Origin: a virus
Taxonomy: Duplodnaviria; Caudoviricetes
IMG/VR virus record: IMGVR_UViG_3300037440_000532
Span: 1 to 49,151 of that record
DNA: 49,151 nucleotides
Strand: one strand, 5' to 3'
Within the stretch, counting starts at the first letter, position 1. Each line of letters begins with the position of its first letter. Position numbers and translations under genes: made by a program. Positions 17,904 to 26,632 of the stretch are shown piece by piece. The notes under the pieces are model-generated. The model did no database searches. It was not told the origin of the DNA and saw nothing but the letters and a program-made list of their open reading frames with translations.

Positions 17904-20003
17904 CTATGCTCTGGTTGCCACTGCCACGAACGGGGAGAGCGTTGCGCTGCCCTTGGCCGGGGTGAGCGGGCTGTTCCAGATGGGCTGGCCGTTGTTCCGG
18001 ACGGTCCACTTGAAGACCTGCTCGTCGTACAGGAACCGGACCTCGACCGAGCGGGCTGCGGTGATGCCGCCCTTTTCGATGACGAGGTACTGGGAGAGGT
18101 CGACGAACATGATGTCGCCGACGGTGCCGAGCGCTGCGCACTGTTCGACTTCGATAACCGGCTTGCCGAAGATGGTGCCGTAGGGGGCTCCAGACAGACC
18201 GCCCGCAGGCATGTAGAGCGGAACCGCCGCAGTGCCCATGACGAGCTGCATGTTCATGAGCTGCGGCATGCACTCAGAGTTCATGATCCAGACCGCGTTC
18301 GCCTTGCTCCGGGCGGGCATGCGCGAATACGCCTTAATGATGTTCTGCGCGTCGATGGTGGCTGCCAACTGTCCGGTTTCCTTGGTGACGGAGACAAGCG
18401 CGCCGCTGTTCAGTATGCCGAGCATCTGGCCTGCGCCGCTGCCGTTCAGGATCTCATCGTCCTGTTTGTAGCCCAACTCTTCGACGAACGCCTGAGAGAA
18501 AACTGCCTGGAGCGCGGAAGCATCGGAGAGAAGCTCCTCCGTGGCGTAGCCGATGCCCATCAGTTTCTCGAGCTTCAGTTCCATGTTGCGGAACTTCGGC
18601 TTTTTGGCGGTGACGGTTCCCGCCTCTGCGGTGCGGTAGACCTGGACGCCGCCCCAGCGGGAGCCGGTGACGCGCGTGGTCTCGTCGACGACCGGAGCGT
18701 TCAACGTGTTGCCGCTGATCGGGATGTGCCGGCAGCGGGGATACAGGACCGAGGTCTCGTTCGCCCGGTCGAGCAGCGAGGTGGTGAAGTCCGTCTGGAT
18801 CAAGAAGCTGCCGTCGGACGGGATGGCCTCGCCGGCGCCGGTTGCGACGTCATAAACTTCTTTCAACATCTGGCGCGAATGAGCATCCCCGCTGGCCGCA
18901 GACTTGACAGCGATCAACTGCTCGCCCAGGCTGCGGAAGGGCTTGCCCTCGTGCGCCGGGGTTACCTTAATGTTCAAGGGGCCGCCGTTGGAGGCCTTCT
19001 TGACCCGGTTCAGGATCTCTGCCCGGAGCTGGGACTCGTCCCAGCTGTTCTCGATGGCGTGCTCGGCAAGGGCGTCCATCTTGAACTCCTTGCCGATTGC
19101 CCGGAGCTCCTTTGCGCGGGCAAGTTCATTTGTGCGGGTCTGGTTCAGGACCGCCGCTGTCTGTGATTCCTGGTCGCACGTCGGACAGGCGTCTCCTATC
19201 ATCGGCGTGCCGTGTTTAGTGCAATTCATAGCGTGTGTCTCCTTTCGTGGGGTATGTCCCGCTGCTGTGGGCGCTGGTCCTGCGGCGATGTTCGATGCCG
19301 CTGCGGCCTGCTTTCCGGCAGGCATGCTCCCGGCAGGTTTTTCCCCCATGCCGGAAGGTGCAGCAGTATGACTATCAGCCGCGGAGCGTGCCGCGAGCTG
19401 CTGTGGGACGTTTTTGAATTTCGAGAGATCGAAGGCCATGGCCGCCATCTTCTGAGGCTTGGTGCACTCGTCGCAGAAGCCCATGTCCAGGGCCTCGTCG
19501 GCGTTCATCCAGGTCTCCGCGGCCATCAAGGCGCCGATCTCGTCGTCCGTCTTCCCGGTCTTGTTCCGGTAGGCGCTCACGATGCCGACTTTGATCTTGT
19601 CCAGGACGTCGGCCTCCTTGCGCAGCTGCTCTGCCGTGCCGCCGGCCCCGCTCCAGGGGTCGTGGATCATCATGGTCGCGTTCTCGGGCATGACGATCCT
19701 GCCCGCCATAGCTATGACCGAGGCGATCGAGGCGGCGAGGCCGTCGATGTAGACGGTCTTTTTTGCCTTGTGCTGCACGAGCAGGTTGTAGATCGTGAGG
19801 CCCTCGAACACGGACCCGCCCGGGGAGTTGATCCGGATGTCGAGTTCGTCCAGGTCGCCCAGGGCTTTCAGGTCCGTTGCGAACTGCTTCGCGCCGATGC
19901 CCTCGTCCCAAAACCCGACGCCGATCTGCTCGTACAGCAGGATCTCGGCTTTCTTCGCGCCCTTGTTGTGGATCATGTTGTAGTATTTTTTGAAGTTGGA
20001 CAT
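17904..20003 (-). CDS. ClpP-type prohead protease fused to HK97-fold major capsid protein
   Basis: INSPGGSVFEG, DGLAASIAS, MMIHDPW and ETWM protease motifs, an Ala/Pro linker, then a capsid domain (GSFLIQTDF, ILNGSGAGQMLGIL, SPFVAV). Confidence 0.93.
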   Translation of the reverse strand: MSNFKKYYNMIHNKGAKKAEILLYEQIGVGFWDEGIGAKQFATDLKALGDLDELDIRINSPGGSVFEGLTIYNLLVQHKAKKTVYIDGLAASIASVIAMAGRIVMPENATMMIHDPWSGAGGTAEQLRKEADVLDKIKVGIVSAYRNKTGKTDDEIGALMAAETWMNADEALDMGFCDECTKPQKMAAMAFDLSKFKNVPQQLAARSAADSHTAAPSGMGEKPAGSMPAGKQAAAASNIAAGPAPTAAGHTPRKETHAMNCTKHGTPMIGDACPTCDQESQTAAVLNQTRTNELARAKELRAIGKEFKMDALAEHAIENSWDESQLRAEILNRVKKASNGGPLNIKVTPAHEGKPFRSLGEQLIAVKSAASGDAHSRQMLKEVYDVATGAGEAIPSDGSFLIQTDFTTSLLDRANETSVLYPRCRHIPISGNTLNAPVVDETTRVTGSRWGGVQVYRTAEAGTVTAKKPKFRNMELKLEKLMGIGYATEELLSDASALQAVFSQAFVEELGYKQDDEILNGSGAGQMLGILNSGALVSVTKETGQLAATIDAQNIIKAYSRMPARSKANAVWIMNSECMPQLMNMQLVMGTAAVPLYMPAGGLSGAPYGTIFGKPVIEVEQCAALGTVGDIMFVDLSQYLVIEKGGITAARSVEVRFLYDEQVFKWTVRNNGQPIWNSPLTPAKGSATLSPFVAVATRA

Positions 20004-20040
20004 TCGAACCCTCCTGAAAGATCAGAGTCAAAATCTTCGG

Positions 20041-20067
20041 CTCACACGAAGCCACGAAGACACGAAG
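20041..20067. repeat. 27-bp CACGAAG-based repeat, identical to 14501-14527
   Basis: Exact match between the two copies. Confidence 0.85.
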
Positions 20068-20075
20068 GAAAACCG

Positions 20076-20115
20076 AAAATAAAAAAGCCGTGCGGCCCTT
20101 TCGGGTTGCACGGCT
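20076..20115 (-). terminator. Rho-independent terminator between the com-like gene and the capsid gene
   Basis: Minus strand AGCCGTGCAACCCGAAAGGGCCGCACGGCT followed by TTTTTATTTT. Confidence 0.75.
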
Positions 20116-20154
20116 CTTGTTACAGCCTGGTGGATATTCAGTTGTTAATTACCG

Positions 20155-20337
20155 CTACCCGATGATCAGCTCTCCAGCAGGCAGTCGAAGATGTTCAACC
20201 TCTACAATCGGCCTGCCCAAAAGAGTTTTACCCGTACCCTCACCCTTGACCAGCCGCTTGCACTTATGGCAGCGAATCTCATATGCTCCACTGACCTTGC
20301 CCAATGCCTGGCCGCATTCACATCGAATTAAAATCAT
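20155..20337 (-). CDS. Mu Com-like zinc-ribbon regulator
   Basis: IRCECGQALGK...YEIRCHKCKR matches the Com family pattern. Confidence 0.7.
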   Translation of the reverse strand: MILIRCECGQALGKVSGAYEIRCHKCKRLVKGEGTGKTLLGRPIVEVEHLRLPAGELIIG

Positions 20338-20437
20338 CGTTTCTCCAGCGGGAGGTGCTTATTGATCCAGTTCTGCGTCATGCCTTTTTTAAGGGCTTGT
20401 CGTCTTTTCCATTCAATAACGATATTTTTAAAGAACG

Positions 20438-20764
20438 TCATACCAGCATCTCCTCGTCCTCATAGGCCGCAGCCATCATCAAAAGCACCAGCTCGTCATC
20501 GGTAAAGTCAAATACCGCAGTGAATCTCGCGGTGTCCGGCTCTTCGCTTGCGGCAAGCCGCAGCCGCAGGGGCCATTCGATCGGGCGGACGTATTCGGAC
20601 CAGCCGCCCTGCTCTTCTTCCTGCTCGCCCGATGCCGTGAATGCCGCGGTGTCCTGCGCTTCCGCGGCCAGGAGGGTGCAGTTCAGCTCCCCGACAACAC
20701 CTTCTCCCCATGCAGTACCTGCCCAGGCATCCGGGGACCATGCCCCTTGTTTCCATACGCCCAT
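20438..20764 (-). CDS. Hypothetical protein (Trp-repeat N-terminus, acidic)
   Basis: WKQGAWSPDAWAGTAWG and a repeated AAEAQDTA/AASEEPDTA motif. Coupled to the upstream gene. Confidence 0.6.
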   Translation of the reverse strand: MGVWKQGAWSPDAWAGTAWGEGVVGELNCTLLAAEAQDTAAFTASGEQEEEQGGWSEYVRPIEWPLRLRLAASEEPDTARFTAVFDFTDDELVLLMMAAAYEDEEMLV

Positions 20765-22696
20765 TTATGGTGTCCCGCCCCATTCGGTGTTCTTCGAAGA
20801 ACCTGCCATGACCGGATCGCCTATGACGCTGACAATATTCGCGTCCGTTATTTCCATTGCATACGTTACGCCGTCGTTCGGGACCACCCGGCCGTTGCAG
20901 ATGACCGTGCAGCCCGAGCCCGCCGCGTGCGTGACGAATCCCTCTCCGGCGAAATAGATGTTCCCGGAGACGCAGGACGCATCGACGGTGACCGCGCCGT
21001 AGCCGCAGTGCATGTTGAACTGGTTCGAGCCGGACTTGTCCTTGATCGTGAACATCCCGAAGGCATTGACGATGTTCCCCTCGGCCTGCCCCACGCTCAC
21101 ATTTACCATGGAGGTCGTATGCGACCGGACGCCGTTCACATGCACATGGGTCGTCGGGTCGTTCCGGTACGAGATGTTTCCGTCCCAGAGGGCGTTCTCG
21201 ATATGCCCCCAGATCTCCGAGGTGTTGATCATCAGGACATTTTCAAAGGAACACCACCCGCCCAGCACGCCGGTGATCTTGAGATTGCGGACGATGCTGT
21301 TTTCCATGATGCAGCCGGCCTCAAACGTGAGCAGGTGTTTGAAGGTCGAATGCGCCTCGATGATGAAGTGGGAGACATCGATCCCGCTGGCGATGGTTGC
21401 ATCGGAATGAAAGTGCAGCTTGTTCGCCACGAACTTCTGCGCCAGGAGAAGCATGTCCGGCAGGTTGTCCACGGGGTTGTCTGCGTCACGGAGCCCCTGC
21501 GGGTAATCGCTCCCCGCATGGCCGGCCACCGCATCAAAATAGATCGTCTCGTGGTACTGGTCGATGACGGGGATCTGCAGACCGCTGGTGTCGAGAATGT
21601 CCTGCGGCAGGCTGGAGTAGTTGTCGAATTTTGCCACCCCCCCGACCACCACCTTTGCAGCCAGCGCGATGGAGGCTTCGAGGATCAGGTGTCCGGCGTC
21701 TACGTTAAAGCTCCAGTTGCAGTCCGCATGATTGATGTTCTGGACCGTTATCTTGCCCGTCCAGTCGATGAAGTTCACGTCCGCCATGCAGCCGTTGCAG
21801 TCCACCGTCACGGCATCCGTCCCGGACGGGCCGTAGCAGCTTATGAAGTTGAACGTTCTGTCGGCAATGTCCTTGAACTGGACGGACCCCATCAGCATAC
21901 AGTCGATGATATTCGCATCCCCCCCGGAAGCGCAGAGTCCCACGATGTCTACAAGATGGCAATCGGTCATGTCCATCCTGCCGCCGCAGGTGCCGGTGAT
22001 GGTCAGGTGCTTCATCTTTGCCGCCGTGGTAGTGTTCCCGGCGGTCATGGTCAGGAGCGTCGAGGACGGATCCTCGCCAACCACCGTATAGCCCGCAACA
22101 CTGTCCGTAGCTCCGAGGGTCAAATTGCCAAGAATATAAAGCGTTTTGAAACTATGGGACTGCGCGATAATCATGGCATCCGCAAGATTATTAACGGGAA
22201 ATTCTTTATTGCCTTTTAGTCCGTCTGTTCCCGACACGCCATTTATAACATCAATCGTTACCCCTCCGTCAAAGGACATCCGGTTGACTGCCGCGATTTC
22301 CGCTTCTGCCCTGACAAGCTCTGCTGCGGGAGGCGTGATGTAGAGTTTGAGCGGCTGGGTCCTCGTGCTGGTATCGAAGGGGTCGGGGTCCACGTCGGCA
22401 TTGTCCGTGATGGCTTCGCCGGTGACTTCAATCAGTATGTTCTCGTCATAAGGGACAACCCGCGTGCCGTCGAGCAAGGTCACGAAACGCGGAGTATATT
22501 TCCCGCCGCCTTTGGGATCGTTGCCGGCCGCCCGCATGAGAGGGTCCCAGGTGCGCGCAGCTTCTACGGTGCGCCGCCAGTTGCGGTACTCCTTATAGAT
22601 ATCGTCAATCCAGTGGAATGTCGTCACTCCCTGAATTAGATATATCCGCCGGGTATCCCCGTTCCAGCTATCGACTACGGGAACTGCTACTGACAT
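20765..22696 (-). CDS. Putative virion protein with beta-helix-like repeats
   Basis: 643 aa. Duplicated motif (G..G..G...PVNNLADA / G..G...G....PVDNLPDM) followed by beta-solenoid-like sequence. Confidence 0.6.
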   Translation of the reverse strand: MSVAVPVVDSWNGDTRRIYLIQGVTTFHWIDDIYKEYRNWRRTVEAARTWDPLMRAAGNDPKGGGKYTPRFVTLLDGTRVVPYDENILIEVTGEAITDNADVDPDPFDTSTRTQPLKLYITPPAAELVRAEAEIAAVNRMSFDGGVTIDVINGVSGTDGLKGNKEFPVNNLADAMIIAQSHSFKTLYILGNLTLGATDSVAGYTVVGEDPSSTLLTMTAGNTTTAAKMKHLTITGTCGGRMDMTDCHLVDIVGLCASGGDANIIDCMLMGSVQFKDIADRTFNFISCYGPSGTDAVTVDCNGCMADVNFIDWTGKITVQNINHADCNWSFNVDAGHLILEASIALAAKVVVGGVAKFDNYSSLPQDILDTSGLQIPVIDQYHETIYFDAVAGHAGSDYPQGLRDADNPVDNLPDMLLLAQKFVANKLHFHSDATIASGIDVSHFIIEAHSTFKHLLTFEAGCIMENSIVRNLKITGVLGGWCSFENVLMINTSEIWGHIENALWDGNISYRNDPTTHVHVNGVRSHTTSMVNVSVGQAEGNIVNAFGMFTIKDKSGSNQFNMHCGYGAVTVDASCVSGNIYFAGEGFVTHAAGSGCTVICNGRVVPNDGVTYAMEITDANIVSVIGDPVMAGSSKNTEWGGTP

Positions 22697-22705
22697 TCAG
22701 TCTCC

Positions 22706-24211
22706 CTATGCGTTTGTATCCGCGCTCGGGGCGCAGGTGATCGGAACCACGGCGCTCCGGGTGATCGTGGCGTAGGTGATCGCCTGGCCCGCCCCGCCGT
22801 CGCCCTCGACGATGACCACGATGTCCTTGTCCACGCCAGCGGAAAGCCCCGCCTGGGTGTTCGTGTCGTAGGAATAGGCGAAGCTGATCTTACCGGCTAC
22901 CTGATCGGTTGCGACGTTGCCCTTCACCGGAGTGCCCGATGAATCGTTGACCGTGACGGCGCTCGCCGTGTCGAAGTCCGCGCCCGCCGCGCCGTCTGCG
23001 TAGTAAACGTGATACCAGGCGTTCGCATCGGCAATTGCCGCAGCGCCCACCGTGATCTGCACATCCGGGAAGTACGGATAGGTCAGTTCGGCAGCGGCAT
23101 CGTCGGTCATGATGATGTTCTGCTTCTCTGCCGTGGATAGCCCTTCAATGAACAGGCCGTCGCCGCCGATCGAGGAAGTCACCACTTTACCGGCTGCGTT
23201 CCTGCTGTACCAGACGCGGCCCTTTTTGCCGGTATAGGTACCGGCTCCACTGTCGATATCGGAGTTCTGGAGCGACAAGGCATCGAGGTAAGCCGCACAC
23301 TGCTGGACCGTGCCGCCGCCCGTATTATGCAAGACCCAGGTGAACTCCTTGTCATCGCCCTGGTTGAACCCGTCCTCAAGCTGCGGAGAGGCGAGCTTCT
23401 CGAGCGTCATGCCGGTCCACGGAGCGATCTTCGCCCCGCCGTAGACATCGGCAAGGTCATAAGCATTCGACGGGTTGATCGTCTCGCCCACGCCGTAGCC
23501 GGCCGAGAAGCCCGAGAACTCGGCAATACCCGTTGCCACGCTGGTCGTCTCGCCCGGGTTGTAGCCCCAGGACCGGACGCGCACGACGAGGGTCCTGGTT
23601 GTATAGTCGAAATCCCCGGCGCCTGCATCGCCGTACGCGGTGTCTCCGTACACCTGAACGGCTTCGTTGATGTCCCCCGTCCGCACGAAGTCCGCCCAGG
23701 TTGCAGCCTGCAGTGTCGCCTCGTCCGTAGCAGTGACAAGCGCCGAGAACGGAACGGTGCCGGCCTGTACGTCAACGAGGGACACGACACCATGATAGAT
23801 ACGGTCGATATCCGTTTCACCATCCTGCGTATCGGCGTACTCGATCCAGCCCGAAGACCTGATCTTGTTCCGGTCTGTACCGTCAAGCTTTACGCCATTG
23901 ACAAAGGCGAAAGCACCAGCAAACCGATACTTACCCTTTGTGCCGCGAAGAAACTGACGAAGCGTTTCATCCGTCACGCGCTCCTGGTTATCAAAGTTGT
24001 ATATCGCCCGCATAGTGATGCCATCAGTGTTATTAAGCGGATTCGTTACTGCTCCGCCGCCAAAGTCCACAGTGGCAAGCTCATCAACTCCAATCAACTG
24101 CACTTCGTTGTTTGCCTTGTCATAATAGAAGTTCCCGTTCGGCGTGGATCCGCGCGCAGTTGTAGACTGCTTGAGTGTCGTGCTGTAGTTTGTATGATCG
24201 ATGAGTGACAC
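22706..24211 (-). CDS. Putative virion structural protein
   Basis: 501 aa, Gly/Thr/Ala/Asp-rich and beta-rich, GTG start with SD. Confidence 0.6.
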   Translation of the reverse strand: MSLIDHTNYSTTLKQSTTARGSTPNGNFYYDKANNEVQLIGVDELATVDFGGGAVTNPLNNTDGITMRAIYNFDNQERVTDETLRQFLRGTKGKYRFAGAFAFVNGVKLDGTDRNKIRSSGWIEYADTQDGETDIDRIYHGVVSLVDVQAGTVPFSALVTATDEATLQAATWADFVRTGDINEAVQVYGDTAYGDAGAGDFDYTTRTLVVRVRSWGYNPGETTSVATGIAEFSGFSAGYGVGETINPSNAYDLADVYGGAKIAPWTGMTLEKLASPQLEDGFNQGDDKEFTWVLHNTGGGTVQQCAAYLDALSLQNSDIDSGAGTYTGKKGRVWYSRNAAGKVVTSSIGGDGLFIEGLSTAEKQNIIMTDDAAAELTYPYFPDVQITVGAAAIADANAWYHVYYADGAAGADFDTASAVTVNDSSGTPVKGNVATDQVAGKISFAYSYDTNTQAGLSAGVDKDIVVIVEGDGGAGQAITYATITRSAVVPITCAPSADTNA

Positions 24212-24223
24212 GGATTGTCTCCT

Positions 24224-25801
24224 TTATGCGTTTTCCTCTTTTTTAAGAAGCGCCGTAAAGCTCCCGTTTGCGGTCGGCATCGTGACCTGCTGCCCGAACT
24301 CCACATACCCGGCAAGCATGATCTGTATCCAGATAACGTTCCCGGCCGTGCCGCCGTACGCATAGGTTGCCGATCCGTGCGATTCCGTGCCCGCGAGCTC
24401 CGTCCCGAGATTCGGGAGCGTATCATCGAGGTCGTAGATCCTGACCTCGGCTCCGGACAGGCTGACCGGCGCGGAGATGGTGAGCGTCACGCTGGCGCTT
24501 ACGTGTACGGTGCAGCCTGCCGTGCGGATCGACGGGATGGTGCCGCCCGAGATGGAGATGGTCATCTCCCCGGAGGCAATGTTGACGTATATAGCCTCGT
24601 TGCCGGTCGTGCCGTCGCTTGCCGCATAACCGGAAAAATCCACGTTCGTGAGTGTCATGTTCGCGGCCGTGCCGCTGATTTCTATGGCGTAGCCGGTACC
24701 GTCGGAGATGAAGGTCGTGTTCGCAATGAGTGCCGCAGCCGCCGGAGAGGATGCCAGAGCCGCGGCAGCCGCCGTGCTCTGATCGAAGGTGCAGCCGTCG
24801 AATATCCCGCTGCCGACCGTCACCTGTCCGCACCTACGGAAGGTAGTGTCGTTCACCGTGGCGTTTCCCTGGAATACGAACGTGTCCATGTCGGTGAACG
24901 TACAGAAATCGAAGTTCACATCCGCGTTCGCAACCATCTCAAACCGGCCCTTGCTGACCGTGCCGAGCGCCTGGATCGAGATGCCCGACCAGTCCACGCG
25001 GGAGGTGGCCTGCTCGACATCGATCTTGTTGAACGCCGCCGTGACCTTGGGGGTCTTGTCCACAAGGATTGTTTTGTTTGCATCGCGGAAGTCTACCGCG
25101 CTGGTGTACCCGAGCCGGACCAGCCCCTTCCATAAAAAGCCGCCATCGATCGCCTGAATGAGCCCCCACCGGTTGGAGGTGCTGTCGTTTGTCGCCGCGA
25201 ACCCCGCGAAGGTAGCATACCCGTTCGCAAGATCGCCGCCGTTCATCCGGGCCTCGCACCGGCCCCAGCGGATCGCGTCAACAGCGTGCGGGTTGCCCTT
25301 GCCGATGCCGGTCAGCACTTTCACCGCTGCGCCGATATATTGTTCCGTCGAAGAGGGAGCGGACGTACTCTGCCCGTCATTCGCAACCGTTGTATTCACT
25401 GCGTGGTTCTGCCAGCCGCCATAGGGCATGCGTCCGAAATCTGAGCCGCCGACAATCCAGTACTTGAACGCATTCAACGCCGAGCCGACCAGTACCCGCA
25501 TCCCGCCGTTGGCGTAGGTATCCATTGCGCCCGGTGAGGTCCATATTTGCCAGACCAGAAAGGCCCCGTCCGTGGGAAGCGTGATCCCGGACCCGTTGTT
25601 GGCAAGCAGGGAACAGATGGTTGCCTTGGTCATGGCCTGCGAAATAGACCCGTTACCCTGGATGTAGGGATAATCCACGTCCAGTGTGGGCGAGCCGCCG
25701 TCGTCATAGTTCGCATCGGTGGACTCGGCCCAGTTCGTGGTGGCTTCAGCCAGGTCAACCACCCCGGAGGTCAAATCAGTTGTGTAGCTTGGGGCTGCCA
25801 T
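24224..25801 (-). CDS. Putative virion protein with beta-helix-like region
   Basis: 525 aa with pectin-lyase-like repeats (FDFCTF, NDTTF, DGCTF, NTTF, NVDFSG). Confidence 0.6.
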   Translation of the reverse strand: MAAPSYTTDLTSGVVDLAEATTNWAESTDANYDDGGSPTLDVDYPYIQGNGSISQAMTKATICSLLANNGSGITLPTDGAFLVWQIWTSPGAMDTYANGGMRVLVGSALNAFKYWIVGGSDFGRMPYGGWQNHAVNTTVANDGQSTSAPSSTEQYIGAAVKVLTGIGKGNPHAVDAIRWGRCEARMNGGDLANGYATFAGFAATNDSTSNRWGLIQAIDGGFLWKGLVRLGYTSAVDFRDANKTILVDKTPKVTAAFNKIDVEQATSRVDWSGISIQALGTVSKGRFEMVANADVNFDFCTFTDMDTFVFQGNATVNDTTFRRCGQVTVGSGIFDGCTFDQSTAAAAALASSPAAAALIANTTFISDGTGYAIEISGTAANMTLTNVDFSGYAASDGTTGNEAIYVNIASGEMTISISGGTIPSIRTAGCTVHVSASVTLTISAPVSLSGAEVRIYDLDDTLPNLGTELAGTESHGSATYAYGGTAGNVIWIQIMLAGYVEFGQQVTMPTANGSFTALLKKEENA

Positions 25802-26232
25802 GTCTTACGTCTCCATGCGTGTACTGTTCTGGCTTCTGCTTGTTCCTGGGTAACATCTCTCGGCAGCAACAAATGTTTGTCTTTGCCGTCCACGATCCAG
25901 ACGGGATATCCGTCCATCAGCATCCGGAATATCAGCTTCTGCGGTTCGCCTCTTTGCCAGGCATCCGGCTTTGTGACCGTGGCGATGATCAACCGTTCCT
26001 CGTAATAGGCCTCAATCATCACATTGCAGCGATCAGGCCTTAGATCGTCGCCCAGTATCGGGCTGTCAATCCAGAGACATCTGAACTCCCTGCAAGCCGG
26101 GGGGCGCTCTTCATACTGTTTGCATCCAGTCCCGCAACTCAAACGCTTGCATATATCTCCCGCCGGTTTGCCGAGCACGGGGATGTCCGGCAGGATGCAG
26201 CAATAATGACAGTCTCCGCACGCTCTCGGCAC
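25771..26232 (-). CDS. YkgJ-like Cys-cluster (Zn/Fe-S) protein
   Basis: CGDCHYCC...C..L...C..YEERPPACREFRCLW. Confidence 0.75.
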   Translation of the reverse strand: MPRACGDCHYCCILPDIPVLGKPAGDICKRLSCGTGCKQYEERPPACREFRCLWIDSPILGDDLRPDRCNVMIEAYYEERLIIATVTKPDAWQRGEPQKLIFRMLMDGYPVWIVDGKDKHLLLPRDVTQEQAEARTVHAWRRKTWQPQATQLI

Positions 26233-26245
26233 TTCTGTCCTCCTG

Positions 26246-26632
26246 CTACCCGTGGATCAAAAGGCCCGATGTCAGGTTCACGACCTGCCCGTTTGAGATG
26301 GAGACGCTGTCGATCTCTATGTTCGCCCCGCTGCCGACGGCGCCGACGGTGAGGCCCGAGACAATGATCTTGCCCGCCGAGTCCTTGATCCGCGCAGCTG
26401 CCGCCGTGCCCGTTGCCGCTGCCGTGCCTGAAAGCGGTACGCCCGAGAACTCAAGGGCCGCGGGATCGCCCAAGACGACGCCGCAGGGACGCACGAGGTC
26501 GATGGAGACCAGCATCCCGGCATAGGCCGCGGTGCAGAGCTCCAGGGTCCCGATTGCGCCGCCGGCGTCGATGGCATCCAGCACCGCTGTCATGCGGGTT
26601 GTCTTCACGTCGTTGTGGTAGTCGATCGACAT
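26246..26632 (-). CDS. Small virion structural protein
   Basis: AAATGTAAAARIKDS...GLTVG motif. Coupled to the portal stop. Confidence 0.6.
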   Translation of the reverse strand: MSIDYHNDVKTTRMTAVLDAIDAGGAIGTLELCTAAYAGMLVSIDLVRPCGVVLGDPAALEFSGVPLSGTAAATGTAAAARIKDSAGKIIVSGLTVGAVGSGANIEIDSVSISNGQVVNLTSGLLIHG

